Assembly: GCA_002783405.1 (NCBI GenBank)
Contig: PFGG01000035.1
Coordinates: 113,615-177,614, forward strand
Length of the DNA: 64,000 nt
Source: a bacterium (Candidatus Blackallbacteria) CG13_big_fil_rev_8_21_14_2_50_49_14
GTDB taxonomy: Bacteria > Cyanobacteriota > Sericytochromatia > UBA7694
Direction: 5' to 3'
Both the position numbers and the translations under genes were made by a program. A model generated the notes under the pieces. The model was not told where the DNA came from. It searched no databases and saw only the letters and a program-made list of their open reading frames with translations. Position 1 is the first letter of the stretch, and the number at the start of each line of letters is the position of its first letter. Positions 32,400 to 42,558 of this stretch are shown one piece after another.

Positions 32400-33428
32400 T
32401 TAATTGTGCAGAAAACGAAAGACCCTGACAGCGTTTTGATTGCCTTGCACCCATTCTTCAAGGGCTTGAACAGAAACAGCAGGCGTCACTTGGTAATTCT
32501 GAGCTTGTCCAGTACTGATCTGACTGATACCCCGGACTTTTACCATCGCTTCCAGCACTTCAGCAGGCTGAGAAAAATAGCTCTGTTGTAAAAGAATTTG
32601 AATATCCGGTTGTGGTGCATGCGCAGCAATCAGATAAAGCTTTTCTTCTCCCCGGTTTTGATCCAATTGATAAAATTTTCCTGGAGCAGGTAAAACATAG
32701 GATTTTCCAGCTTTCAGTGCATTATTCAAAAGCCCATCCGGGTGAGGAATTAAAGCAAATACCTGCCCTTGACTGTCAACGCTGGCACCATAGAGATAGC
32801 AGTCCTGCTCAGGGCGAAAATGAATCTGAAACTCAGCACCTGAGGACAAACTCTCTCCCTCTTTCAAAATCTTCTGTTGGTATTGCTTGGAACTGTCTGT
32901 TTTAATCTGAATCCCGCGCACACCCGCCTGAACAGGCTCCCAGGCAACAAGATTAAAACTGAATTTAAGAGGGGCCAAGGGAGAACTGCCACTTTGTAAA
33001 CTGTGGTTCAAACTCTGTAAAAGAGCCTGGGCAGCAACCGTTTGAACTTCGGCTTTAATCTTGACCCGAATCAGAAAAGATTTTTGCTCTTCATCAAATT
33101 TCGTCTGGGTTTCAAGCACCTCCAAAACCTTGACCAGACCTTGGGCCATGGTTTTAACCTGATCGCGCTGCAAAACATAATTTTCAGTTTCTGTTTGTGA
33201 AAAAACCAAGGTGCCAGACTGCTCCAAGGCATTGCGACGGGCTTCAGCAAGTGCTTGGTTTTTGATCTCCTCAAGCGTCGAACCTGTTCCCCCTGAAGCC
33301 TCTCCCAAGGCAAAGACAATCTGTTTCTGGGCCTCTGCTTGAGCCGCAGAAGAAGTCTCGGCCTTCAGTTCAAAAGACTGTAAAAGTGAAAAACAAAACA
33401 ATAAACCTGCCAGCAAAACTCTCATCAC
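32400..33428 (-). CDS. Secreted protein, DUF4384-like C-terminal domain (family often associated with bacterial caspase-domain proteins)
   Basis: Signal peptide MMRVLLAGLLFCFSLLQS. The C-terminal region contains CYLYGASVDSQGQVFALIPHPDG, and the protein is 342 aa. The family call is from motif memory only. It is convergent with the caspase gene, with stops 2 nt apart. Confidence 0.5.
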   Translation of the reverse strand: MMRVLLAGLLFCFSLLQSFELKAETSSAAQAEAQKQIVFALGEASGGTGSTLEEIKNQALAEARRNALEQSGTLVFSQTETENYVLQRDQVKTMAQGLVKVLEVLETQTKFDEEQKSFLIRVKIKAEVQTVAAQALLQSLNHSLQSGSSPLAPLKFSFNLVAWEPVQAGVRGIQIKTDSSKQYQQKILKEGESLSSGAEFQIHFRPEQDCYLYGASVDSQGQVFALIPHPDGLLNNALKAGKSYVLPAPGKFYQLDQNRGEEKLYLIAAHAPQPDIQILLQQSYFSQPAEVLEAMVKVRGISQISTGQAQNYQVTPAVSVQALEEWVQGNQNAVRVFRFLHN

Positions 33429-33506
33429 TTACCCCACTTTTAAATACCAGCTTATGGGTTCCAGTATCTCAAAGACCCCATCTGAGAATCAAGAGAGCGA
33501 GTCGTT

Positions 33507-34649
33507 TTAATCAAGTATTTGGCCCGTAATATTGCCGGGGCCAAAGCCCAAAACCACCAAATCATCGCGGTGAACCACTTCAGCCCCATGGCTATAACCC
33601 AATACAGCCTCAATCTTGTCTGAGCGGCAGCCCTGAATCAGGCTTAAATCAGCCGCATCATAGCGGCTCAGCCCACGGGCAATCTCACGCCCATCCGAGG
33701 CAAAGATCCGCACGGTCTGCCCCCGCGAAAAACTGCCAGAAACAGCAGTAACCCCTGCAGCCAAAAGGCTTTTGCCGGATGCTAGCAGGGCTTTGGCTGC
33801 CCCCGCATCCACACTGAGATGACTGGCTGTCGCGGTTTCAGATAAAATCCAACGTTTACGTGCTTCCAGGCGTTCAGCATGGGGTTGAAAGAGGGTGCCC
33901 ACGGCCTCGCCCTGAACAGCCCGCAAGAGAATATCCGGGGCATCCCCCAGCACAATCCTGACCGCCACGCCACTGCGCGTGGCAATCTCTGCGGCCTGAA
34001 TCTTGGTCTGCATGCCTCCTGTGCCGCGATGACTGCCCACGCCACCTGCCAAAGCCCAAATCTGATCGGTAATCTGGGCCACTTCAGGAATCAGCTCTGC
34101 CTCAGCATGGGTGCGCGGGTCTGCCGTGAACAGCCCCTCGCAATCGGTGCAAATCAGCAGCAGATCGGCTTCTACCAGCGAAGCCACCTGGGCAGCCAGA
34201 TTGTCGTTATCGCCCACTTTGATCTCTTCTATGGCGACCACATCATTTTCATTCACAATCGGCAGCACGCCCTTTTCCAAACAACCCCAAAAGGTCGTGC
34301 GGGCATTGAGATAGCGGCGACGGTCACGAAAATCATCACGGGTTAAGAGGGTTTGTGCCACTTTGATGCCATAGATTTCTGCCATCTGGGCATAGAGATG
34401 CATCAACTGGCTCTGGCCCACCGCCGCCAGCAATTGTTTTTCAGCCAGGGTACGTTTGCGGGCCGGAAACCCCAATTGCTCCCAACCGGCCAGAACAGCC
34501 CCAGAGCTCACCAAAACCACCGCATGTCCCGCCTCGCGCAAGGCGGCGATCTGACGTAGCAGATCCACCATCCGGGGTCGGCAGAGCCGATCCTGTCCGC
34601 CGGTTAAAACGCTGGTGCCCAATTTAACAACGATGCGCAGGGGTTTCAT
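33507..34649 (-). CDS. proB: Glutamate 5-kinase with C-terminal PUA domain
   Basis: N-terminal VVKLGTSVL followed by the amino-acid kinase fold and a PUA domain. Length is 380 aa. Confidence 0.9.
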   Translation of the reverse strand: MKPLRIVVKLGTSVLTGGQDRLCRPRMVDLLRQIAALREAGHAVVLVSSGAVLAGWEQLGFPARKRTLAEKQLLAAVGQSQLMHLYAQMAEIYGIKVAQTLLTRDDFRDRRRYLNARTTFWGCLEKGVLPIVNENDVVAIEEIKVGDNDNLAAQVASLVEADLLLICTDCEGLFTADPRTHAEAELIPEVAQITDQIWALAGGVGSHRGTGGMQTKIQAAEIATRSGVAVRIVLGDAPDILLRAVQGEAVGTLFQPHAERLEARKRWILSETATASHLSVDAGAAKALLASGKSLLAAGVTAVSGSFSRGQTVRIFASDGREIARGLSRYDAADLSLIQGCRSDKIEAVLGYSHGAEVVHRDDLVVLGFGPGNITGQILD

Positions 34650-35482
34650 ACAACCAGGGCCTCGGGTTCTGCCACCAAGCCCTCATAGAGAAAATCCAGG
34701 GCCGTGGGCAGGCGGCGGTGCCAGCTCTGCTCATTGTGCAGCCCCTCTGGGTCGGGGTTCCAGAGCAGGTTTTCACCGGGGCGAAAATGCATGACCTCAA
34801 GCAGATCAGCCAAAAGCTTGGATTGTTCAAAGCCCAGATTACCATGGCATTCACAGCCTTCTTTGCCCCCATGGTCGATATACACCCGAACCGCTTCATG
34901 GGGCTGGGTCAGCATCAGGGCATTGTAGATCGCGAACTGGTTGACCCAGAGCGCAGGCGACATGACCAAACCCCGCCCCAAATGCTGAGGGTAATGAAAG
35001 AGTGCATAGAGTGCCAGCAGCCCCCCCAAAGAAGAGCCGCCAATCAGGGTGTCCTGCGGTTTTTTAGAAAGATGCAGCTTGCGGTGCAGGCGCGGCAAAA
35101 GCCAGTTCAAGATCCAATCGAGCTTGCGTTCAGCCTTGCCCCGTTTGCCAGGATAGGGGTCCCAGGGGCTCATTTCAGCATCGCGATCGGGGCCATGGTG
35201 AATACCCACCACCACCGGCACGGTTTTGCCTTCGCGAGAACGCTGGTCGAGTACCCGGTGCAAATGCCAGCCTCCGGCCATGGTGCCCTCATCCTCATAC
35301 AGGTTCTGACCATCAAAGAAAAAGGCCAAAGGATAGGTTTTATCTGCCAGAAAATAATCGGGGGGCAGGTAAAGCGAAACCGGGCGTTCGCCATCCAAAC
35401 CTGGAATTTGAAAGGTCTGGGAGCGGTAGATCAAGCTGGACCAATGCTTAACCCGTTCAAAACGCAAACTCAACTGAGACAT
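34646..35482 (-). CDS. Esterase (PF00756-type putative esterase / alpha-beta hydrolase)
   Basis: Contains GGSSLGG (GxSxG nucleophile) and FFFDGQ motifs. The start MSQLS follows the ribosome-binding site ggagag. ATGA coupling to proB. Confidence 0.7.
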   Translation of the reverse strand: MSQLSLRFERVKHWSSLIYRSQTFQIPGLDGERPVSLYLPPDYFLADKTYPLAFFFDGQNLYEDEGTMAGGWHLHRVLDQRSREGKTVPVVVGIHHGPDRDAEMSPWDPYPGKRGKAERKLDWILNWLLPRLHRKLHLSKKPQDTLIGGSSLGGLLALYALFHYPQHLGRGLVMSPALWVNQFAIYNALMLTQPHEAVRVYIDHGGKEGCECHGNLGFEQSKLLADLLEVMHFRPGENLLWNPDPEGLHNEQSWHRRLPTALDFLYEGLVAEPEALVV

Positions 35483-35682
35483 GGCACTTCTCTCCACAAA
35501 AATCTTTGCCGCTCTTTCTATATACAACATCCCCCGGCTGGTGGGAATCCTTTGCCACGGAGCAGTGAATTTTTTAAGATCCGTTTTCAGCCCCCCTCTG
35601 ATCGGGTATACTTAGCTGACGGCAGTCTTTGCCCTGCATTGCATCCTATCAATTGAATTCAACAGGGGGGGGGTAAACCGTC

Positions 35683-37701
35683 TTGGCCAATCGGCGGCTC
35701 AAAACCATACTCACGCTTGGCATCTTTTTTCTGGTCTGCTTTTTCCTCTGGAAAGCCAAACCGGATCAGGAATACCTGCGCGTTCAACAGTTTAAGCTGC
35801 TGCTGGACAAAGAATTTGCGCATTTGCTGAAAAACACGCCGCAACGAACGCTAACCCTTGAACCCGGCACGGTTTTGCCTGAAACAGAAATGATGGATCA
35901 GGCCCGAAAAATGCTCAAGAAACACAATGCCGCCCTCAAACAAGTCAATGGTGCCCCTTTGAGAATCAAGCTCAAGCTGATCGAACAAGGGGGGCAAATG
36001 GCCCTTGAAACCACCCCCCAAAAAGGAGCCGCACATCTTGAAACCCGCACAGCCACCACCTGGTTGAGTGTTTTGCCGCCCCTGGTGGCGGTTGTGCTTG
36101 CACTTTTACTCCACCGCCTGGTTTTGGCCCTGTTTATCGGGCTCTTGTTGGGCAGCTTTATTTTTCAAGGGTTTCACCCCCTGCCCAGCTTGCTCGAAAC
36201 CTTTGGCAACTATCTCTGGCATGCCGTCAGCGACTCCTTTCACGTCAAGGTCGTGCTCTTCGCGGCGGTGCTGGTGGGCATGGTCGGGGTCATGAATGCC
36301 TGTGGCGGCACCCGTGGAATTGTCGATGTCTTCCGCAAATATACGGGCAATCGCCGTTCAGCCCAGATGATCGCCTCGCTCATGGGTATCTGTATCTTTT
36401 TTGATGATTACGCCAATTCGTTCATTATTGGTGGCACGATGCGGCCCGTGACTGACAAGCTCAAAATTTCCCGCGAGAAACTGGCGTATATCGTCGATTC
36501 TACCGCAGCACCTGTGGCTGGACTGGCGATTATTTCCACCTGGATCGGCTACGAGGTGGGGCTTTTTCAAGAGGTTTTAACTTCATTGGATCTCAAGATC
36601 AGTGGCTATTCAGCATTTCTCAGCGCCCTGCCCTTTCGTTTTTACTGTATTTTCACCCTGGTTCTGGTCTTCATCGTGGTCTGGACCCGCCGTGATTTTG
36701 GCCCCATGTACCACGCCGAACGCCGGGCCCTGGAACACGGGCTGGTGATTCGCGACGGCGCAACCCCCATGACCTCTGGCGCGATGGGCAATCTCGAGAG
36801 CCGCGAAGACATTCCTGCCCGTTGGGTCAATGCCGTGCTGCCCGTGGTGCTGGTGATTGGCATGACCATTGTCGGGCTCTATGTCAGCGGTGGAGGCTGG
36901 GCCAAGTTCCAGGCCAACCCTGCCAATCTCTTCAGTTTTCAGGTGCTCAGCGACAGCTTTTCAGGTGCCGACAGCGCCAGCGTGCTGCTGCTGGCCTCGT
37001 TGGCAGGTTCTGCCCTGGCCATTCTGCTCGCCCTCAGTCAACGCCTGCTCAGTTTCAAAGAGACCTTTCTGGCATGGGGCAAGGGGGTTTCCTCGGTTTG
37101 GCTGGCCTGTCTGATTCTGGTCGTGGCCTGGGGCTTGAATGGGGTCTCTCAGGATCTGGGCACAGCATCATTTCTGGTTTCGATCTTTAAAGATTCGGTA
37201 CACCCGATCTGGATTCCCATGCTGATCTTTTTATTGGCCGCCGCGATTGCCTTTTCCACCGGCAGCTCCTGGAGCACCATGGCCATCTTGATTCCCATGG
37301 CCGTGCCCCTGGCCTATGAACTGGGCGGGGTGCCCCTGATGCTGATTGCCATGGGGGCCGTTCTGGATGGCTCAATTTTTGGCGATCACTGCTCCCCCCT
37401 GGCCGATACCACCATCCTGTCTTCGATGGCCTGCTCCAGTGGTCACCTCGATCACGTACGCACCCAATTGCCCTATGCATTGCTTGGCATGGGCATGGCC
37501 ACTGCAATGGGCTATCTGCCAGCGGCCCTGGGCCTGATGCCGATCTTCTCAATTGGGGTGGGAACAGGGCTGATGATCCTGATTGTGCGTTTGATTGGCC
37601 GCAATCCTGAAGAAGGACTGTTTAGCCCGCCACCGGTCACCGCCCAACCCAATTTGCCCGGCCATGAACCCGTCGTCACCCGACGCTACAGTCTGGAGTA
37701 G
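35683..37701 (+). CDS. NhaC-family Na+/H+ antiporter-like transporter with a ~110-aa N-terminal extension
   Basis: Multi-TM core resembling NhaC. The start is TTG, immediately downstream of a G9 homopolymer. Confidence 0.6.
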   Translation: MANRRLKTILTLGIFFLVCFFLWKAKPDQEYLRVQQFKLLLDKEFAHLLKNTPQRTLTLEPGTVLPETEMMDQARKMLKKHNAALKQVNGAPLRIKLKLIEQGGQMALETTPQKGAAHLETRTATTWLSVLPPLVAVVLALLLHRLVLALFIGLLLGSFIFQGFHPLPSLLETFGNYLWHAVSDSFHVKVVLFAAVLVGMVGVMNACGGTRGIVDVFRKYTGNRRSAQMIASLMGICIFFDDYANSFIIGGTMRPVTDKLKISREKLAYIVDSTAAPVAGLAIISTWIGYEVGLFQEVLTSLDLKISGYSAFLSALPFRFYCIFTLVLVFIVVWTRRDFGPMYHAERRALEHGLVIRDGATPMTSGAMGNLESREDIPARWVNAVLPVVLVIGMTIVGLYVSGGGWAKFQANPANLFSFQVLSDSFSGADSASVLLLASLAGSALAILLALSQRLLSFKETFLAWGKGVSSVWLACLILVVAWGLNGVSQDLGTASFLVSIFKDSVHPIWIPMLIFLLAAAIAFSTGSSWSTMAILIPMAVPLAYELGGVPLMLIAMGAVLDGSIFGDHCSPLADTTILSSMACSSGHLDHVRTQLPYALLGMGMATAMGYLPAALGLMPIFSIGVGTGLMILIVRLIGRNPEEGLFSPPPVTAQPNLPGHEPVVTRRYSLE

Positions 37702-37705
37702 GCCC

Positions 37706-38794
37706 ATGGAAGATCCACGTTACCACCATACCAGCACCTATCTCACCCGCCTGGCTCTTTACCTGACGGTGATTGCACTTGCTCTGTGGATGCTGAAACC
37801 TTTTATCATGCCCTTTATTCTGGCTTCGATTACCGCCAGTATTTTTCTGAAGCTCAAACCCCGTTTGCCGGAAAAGCTAAGAAATAACGCCAATCTTTTT
37901 GCCGCGCTGGCAACCTTAACCGCTCTCTTGGTCATGGTTCTGCCGATCTTTTTGCTCTTATTATTGGCGGGGTTTGAAGCCGTGCGCTTTGTGCAGTTTG
38001 TACAGGATATGTTCCAAAGTGGCGGTTTCAGTCTGATCGGCAAACGCCTGGCAGGGCTGGAAACCCAAATCAACGCCAAGCTGAAGGTTTTTGGCACCGC
38101 CTTTGATTTGCAATCAGTTCAACAAGATGCCCTGGCGCAATTGCAGAATATTGGCTCACTGGTCTATAACAATGCCCTCAATCTGCTTAACAACGCTTTT
38201 ATGGTGGGTTTGACCACCTTCTACTTCCTGTTTATCTGCTTTTTTCTGATTCGCGATGGAGAAAAGATCATTGAGCTGATCAAACGCCTGCTGCCCTTTG
38301 ATCGTAAAACCTCACAGGGGCTGGTCGACGCGGTGGAACACGTCGGGCAAACGGTTTTGGTAGGCGGCATGGTCTCCTCCCTGATCTTTGGCACCCTGAT
38401 GGCCATCGTCTTTGGTTTATTCGGTTTTACCAGCCCCCTGATGTGGGGTATTCTGCTGGGTATTCTGGCCTTGATTCCCCTCGGCACCCTGGCCGTGTAT
38501 ATTCCCAGCGTGCTCTATCTGCTCTTTGTGCAGCCCTGGTGGGTCGCTGTGCTTTTTCTGATCATTGTGGAAGTGATTGAACAAATGCTCTATTACGTGG
38601 TCATTCGCCCCAAATTCATTGATGCCCGCACGCGCATGTACCCACTTGCAATCTTTTTGGCAATCGTCAGTGGCATTACCACCTTTGGCCCGATGGGGCT
38701 GGTCTATGGCCCTCTGATTATGGCGGCGTTACTGGCCTTAATTGAACAACAGCTGCGCATGGAGGCCCAGACAGATGATTCGTCATCAGACTAG
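37706..38794 (+). CDS. AI-2E family transporter (PerM/YhhT, UPF0118)
   Basis: Eight-TM topology with the conserved C-terminal region typical of this family. ATG at 37706. Confidence 0.8.
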   Translation: MEDPRYHHTSTYLTRLALYLTVIALALWMLKPFIMPFILASITASIFLKLKPRLPEKLRNNANLFAALATLTALLVMVLPIFLLLLLAGFEAVRFVQFVQDMFQSGGFSLIGKRLAGLETQINAKLKVFGTAFDLQSVQQDALAQLQNIGSLVYNNALNLLNNAFMVGLTTFYFLFICFFLIRDGEKIIELIKRLLPFDRKTSQGLVDAVEHVGQTVLVGGMVSSLIFGTLMAIVFGLFGFTSPLMWGILLGILALIPLGTLAVYIPSVLYLLFVQPWWVAVLFLIIVEVIEQMLYYVVIRPKFIDARTRMYPLAIFLAIVSGITTFGPMGLVYGPLIMAALLALIEQQLRMEAQTDDSSSD

Positions 38795-38806
38795 AAAGGC
38801 AAAAAC

Positions 38807-39598
38807 GTGAAACGACGCCTGCGTCTCTTTCTCTTGGCAAGTCTTTTGCTGCCAAATCTGCCCGCCTTGGCCCAGCAAACACCGCAAAAGATCTATTCCG
38901 TGCAGCGCTTGAAACACAGTGAAGGCCCCTGCGAAAAAAGCTGCGCCCGCTTTCTGCTCGAATTTCCGATCATTGAACGGGCCGCCTCTGCTCAGATCAC
39001 AGAGAAGCTGAACACCCAGATTCAGAAAGCCGTTGCTCAACAGCTTTCGATGGGCGAAAACCAACCCCAAACGATTGAGCAGGCGGCTCAAAATTTTTTT
39101 AGTTGGTACCGTGAAATTCAAGAAGAGGAAGATCTGCCCGATCTGGATTATGAACTGCAACTCCAAGCCCAGGTCGAAACTTTTTCCGAACGCTTTTTAT
39201 GCCTGCGTCTCAAGAGTTATTTTTATAGTGGGGGTGCACATGGCATGCCCTTTACCAATTTTTTGGTCTTTGATTTAAACACCGGCGAGCCCCTTCAACT
39301 TGAAGATCTGCTTCAGCCTTGGAGCCTCGAACCCCTGCGCAGAAAGCTGGAACGCAATTTCCGGGTTCAAAAAGACATTTCCCCTGAAGCCCCCTTAAAT
39401 CAGGAGGATTTTCTATTTGAGCTTAAAAAACTGCCTTTTTCAGGCGTTTGGGGCCTGGGAGAGCGGGGGCTGATCTTTTACTATAATGTCTACGAAATTG
39501 CACCCTATTCCTCAGGCAGCATCGAAGTATTTGTCTCGGTCTACGAGCTTGAGAATATTCTCAAACCGGATCTGCTCAAGCACATACAAGAGGGCTAA
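38807..39598 (+). CDS. Secreted DUF3298/DUF4163-domain protein (RsiV/PdaC C-terminal domain type)
   Basis: Signal peptide present. Contains the motif YFYSGGAHGMPFTNFLVFDLNTGEPL characteristic of DUF3298. Confidence 0.6.
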   Translation: MKRRLRLFLLASLLLPNLPALAQQTPQKIYSVQRLKHSEGPCEKSCARFLLEFPIIERAASAQITEKLNTQIQKAVAQQLSMGENQPQTIEQAAQNFFSWYREIQEEEDLPDLDYELQLQAQVETFSERFLCLRLKSYFYSGGAHGMPFTNFLVFDLNTGEPLQLEDLLQPWSLEPLRRKLERNFRVQKDISPEAPLNQEDFLFELKKLPFSGVWGLGERGLIFYYNVYEIAPYSSGSIEVFVSVYELENILKPDLLKHIQEG

Positions 39599-39777
39599 AC
39601 TCCAGGCCTTTTTCAAAGCCAAAACGCTAAACACGATAAAAGGCACAAAAAACATCCAGGCACAGACAGATTTTTCCAGCTTTCCAGTGTCATGCTTTGA
39701 AACAGGGCATCAAGGGTTCAATCCTTAGTAATATCGAAACCAGCCAGTATCACCTAAAACAGACTGATTCCAGCTCT

Positions 39778-40440
39778 TTAGCTGGCTTTCTGGTAAGTTT
39801 TCAAGGTCTGCCTGACCCAGCGCATATAGCTCTCATAGGAGCCAGAAACCCGGCTGATCTGATAATCCTCGCGCAGAATCCGACGAATCCCGGCGACCGG
39901 ACTGGGGCTTTTCGGCGCAGAGCTGAGCACTCTCTGGGTTCGAACGGGCCGTGTCTGCCTCACAGAAACCCGAACCGCTTGCTGGATTCCAGCCCCTGAA
40001 AACGAGCCTCTGAGGTTCGCTACGCGCACAGGAGCCTGAACTTTTGGCTTCAGAGCCTGAGTTAGCAATGAACGAGCAGGCTTTGCGGGAGGCTTTACTG
40101 TTCCAGGCACCCCGTTCTTCGCTGAAGGCCGTGGCACGGTCTGTTCGGACAAGGCTCTTGCCACAGGCTTGCGTTGAACCGTCTGCTGACTGATACGTAT
40201 GCTGGAAAGCCCCATCACCTGCCGGAGGGATGGGGCCAGCGAAGCGCTACACATAAAAATAACCAGCAACTGCAGAATAAAACCACTCTCTTGATCCAAG
40301 CGGCGCCCCAAAGGGCGCAAAATGTGGAGCCCAAAACGAAATTTTGACGAATTGATTGCAGGTTCTTTTCGATAGGTGGGCGGCTCTGCTTCTGGGTGAA
40401 AGCCAGCAGACAAGTCACTATTTTCATCTGAAGATGACAT
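39778..40440 (-). CDS. Hypothetical single-pass membrane protein with a Pro/Lys-rich linker (220 aa)
   Basis: Strong ribosome-binding site aaggagg. One predicted transmembrane segment (GFILQLLVIFMCSASL). Lies immediately downstream of the radical SAM gene on the same strand. Confidence 0.5.
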   Translation of the reverse strand: MSSSDENSDLSAGFHPEAEPPTYRKEPAINSSKFRFGLHILRPLGRRLDQESGFILQLLVIFMCSASLAPSLRQVMGLSSIRISQQTVQRKPVARALSEQTVPRPSAKNGVPGTVKPPAKPARSLLTQALKPKVQAPVRVANLRGSFSGAGIQQAVRVSVRQTRPVRTQRVLSSAPKSPSPVAGIRRILREDYQISRVSGSYESYMRWVRQTLKTYQKAS

Positions 40441-40520
40441 GACTTTTTACCTCCTTATCTGAGTCAAGCTAATCAGTATTATAGCGAAGAGGCCGATCAA
40501 TTGTAAAGCTTCATTAACTT

Positions 40521-42436
40521 TTACAAGACTAAATTTACAATTCTGTCGAAGGGAGGCCCTGAGCCCAGTTTTGAATAATGCACGGCCCCTGGTCGCAATT
40601 CCAGCACCTCCCCCAGCAACCAGCTTTGATAGACCTCCCAGAGATTCCAACCCAAACGCAACTCCCAAGGCCTTCCTGTGGCCTGGCTGAGAAACAGACG
40701 GTGGGCCAAAGTAAGACTGTCTTCGAGCAAGCCTGCAGGCAAACTTTTGCCTGATTCTCGCAAAAGCTGTTTCAGCACCACCAGATTTTGTTGGTAAAAG
40801 AGCTCAAGACTCTGACTCTGAAGCATGCCCATCATCACGTAGTCATGCGCTTCCAACCATACCTGCAAAGGAGAGTTGACGGCCAAAGGCCCCAGACAAA
40901 AGGGGGTTTCGCCCTGACTGGCGGCTGTCGCTTTGCGCTCAAAAAAGCACCAGATTTCTTCAAGCATCCAGGCCGCCTCTGGCTGGGGGCGCATATACGC
41001 TTCAAACAAGGCACGATAAGAAAAGCCTGCCACTTGCTGCAAGAGCATCAAGGGCAATTGCAGCAGCTTGCGATTAAAATACAAAAGCTCGCTAAACCAG
41101 GCATAGGTTTTCATTTTGACCCAGTCAGTGCGGGTATAGCTCGAACAGGCCACCACCATCTGCTGCTCTTCACCCAGACCATCACGGGACTCACTGACCG
41201 CGTCATTCGAAAAAACATAGGGAATCGTGACGTACTCTACGCCATAGCGCGCCTGGTAATCCGGGTTGCCCAATTCAGCATTGGGCAAAACATAACAATT
41301 AAAATAGCGGATATGGTGGTGCTGGCCCTCGGCAATCACCTGGGCAATGCCCTCGGCAAAGGAATCATAACTTTCACCCGGCAGACCAACGATCATATCC
41401 GTATAAGTCTGCACGCCATCACGGCGAAAACGGCTCTGCAATTCACGGTAAGAATCCAAGGAAATATTCTCGCGGCGAATCGCCTTTAAAACCTCAGGGT
41501 TCATCGATTGCAAAGACAGGGTGGCCGATTGGTTCAAACCCGTTTCGCAAAGCCGCTTCTGAATCTGGTAGGCCCGCTCGGTGACGTTCTTGGTATTCTG
41601 AATCACGAAGGTACGTGGATACCCTGTCTGCTGATGGGCTGCAATCATGGACTCTGTCAAAGCCTGATCGCGCTTGAGAATCCCAAAATTAGCGTCACAG
41701 CTGAAAATCACCTTGACGCGGTGGCGGCTGAACCAGGCAATTTCAGCTTCCAGACGTGCATCGTCAAAGCCCACGACCTTGCTGCGCGTGGCAGAACCCC
41801 AATCGCAAAAACTACACGAAAAAGGGCAACCCCGATTGGTTTCCCAGAGTGCAATCCAGTCTTCGTTGGGATTCGCTTTGAACAAAGCGTCAAAAGCCCC
41901 ACTCAGGTAAGGCGAAGCAAGGTTCTGTAACGCCTTCAGCCGGGTTGCCTGCGGGTTTCGAAAAAAAACGCCCTGCTGAAGATAGCTCACGGAAGGTATC
42001 TGGCTCCAGTCGCGTTCGGGCAGGCTTTCTAGCAGAGCTAAAAATATCTGCTCACCTTCGCCATGCACACAGAGATCCACCGCAGGATGGGCGCGCAGGA
42101 AGGCCTCAGCCCGTTCTGGCACCTGGGGCCCCCCGACGACAATCAGGGTTTCGGGTTGACGGACTTTCAGCTCCCGCGCCACGGCCAGTGAAAAATTCAC
42201 ATTCCAGGTATAGAGGCTCAAGCCTGCCACATCCACATGGCGAAAAGCCTGGACTGCCTGTTCCAGACTCTGGCGACGGAACAAAGGGGACAAAAACAAA
42301 TAACGGGAAGGATTCTGCGCATACTGCCGCACATAGCTCTCAAGCAGCCCGGCAGAATAGGGCAGATAAATTTGGCCCATATGGGGCTGATTGACCTGCA
42401 TCAGGCGGATAATAAAACCGTTTGTCAGTTGCCCCA
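40521..42436 (-). CDS. B12-binding (class B) radical SAM enzyme with a long C-terminal extension
   Basis: N-terminal B12-binding domain (IIRLMQVNQPH..., LIVVGGPQV). Radical SAM cluster motif RGCPFSCSFCDW. About 640 aa. The ATG at 42436 follows the ribosome-binding site gaggg. Confidence 0.85.
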
Positions 42437-42558
42437 TGTTTGCCCTCAAATATGCTTTATTGTAGCACAGCCAAATGCTTGGATTTTCAGCGGATCAGCC
42501 CTTGAAAAAGCCTTGTAGAATGCGATACTGAGGATATTGGCAAGAAGGAGTGAAGCGG

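Noticed and set aside
42437-42558. Cobalamin riboswitch upstream of the B12-radical SAM gene
   Set aside because: The intergenic space is only about 120 nt and lacks the conserved B12-box (rAGYCMGgAgaCCkGCcd-like) sequence.
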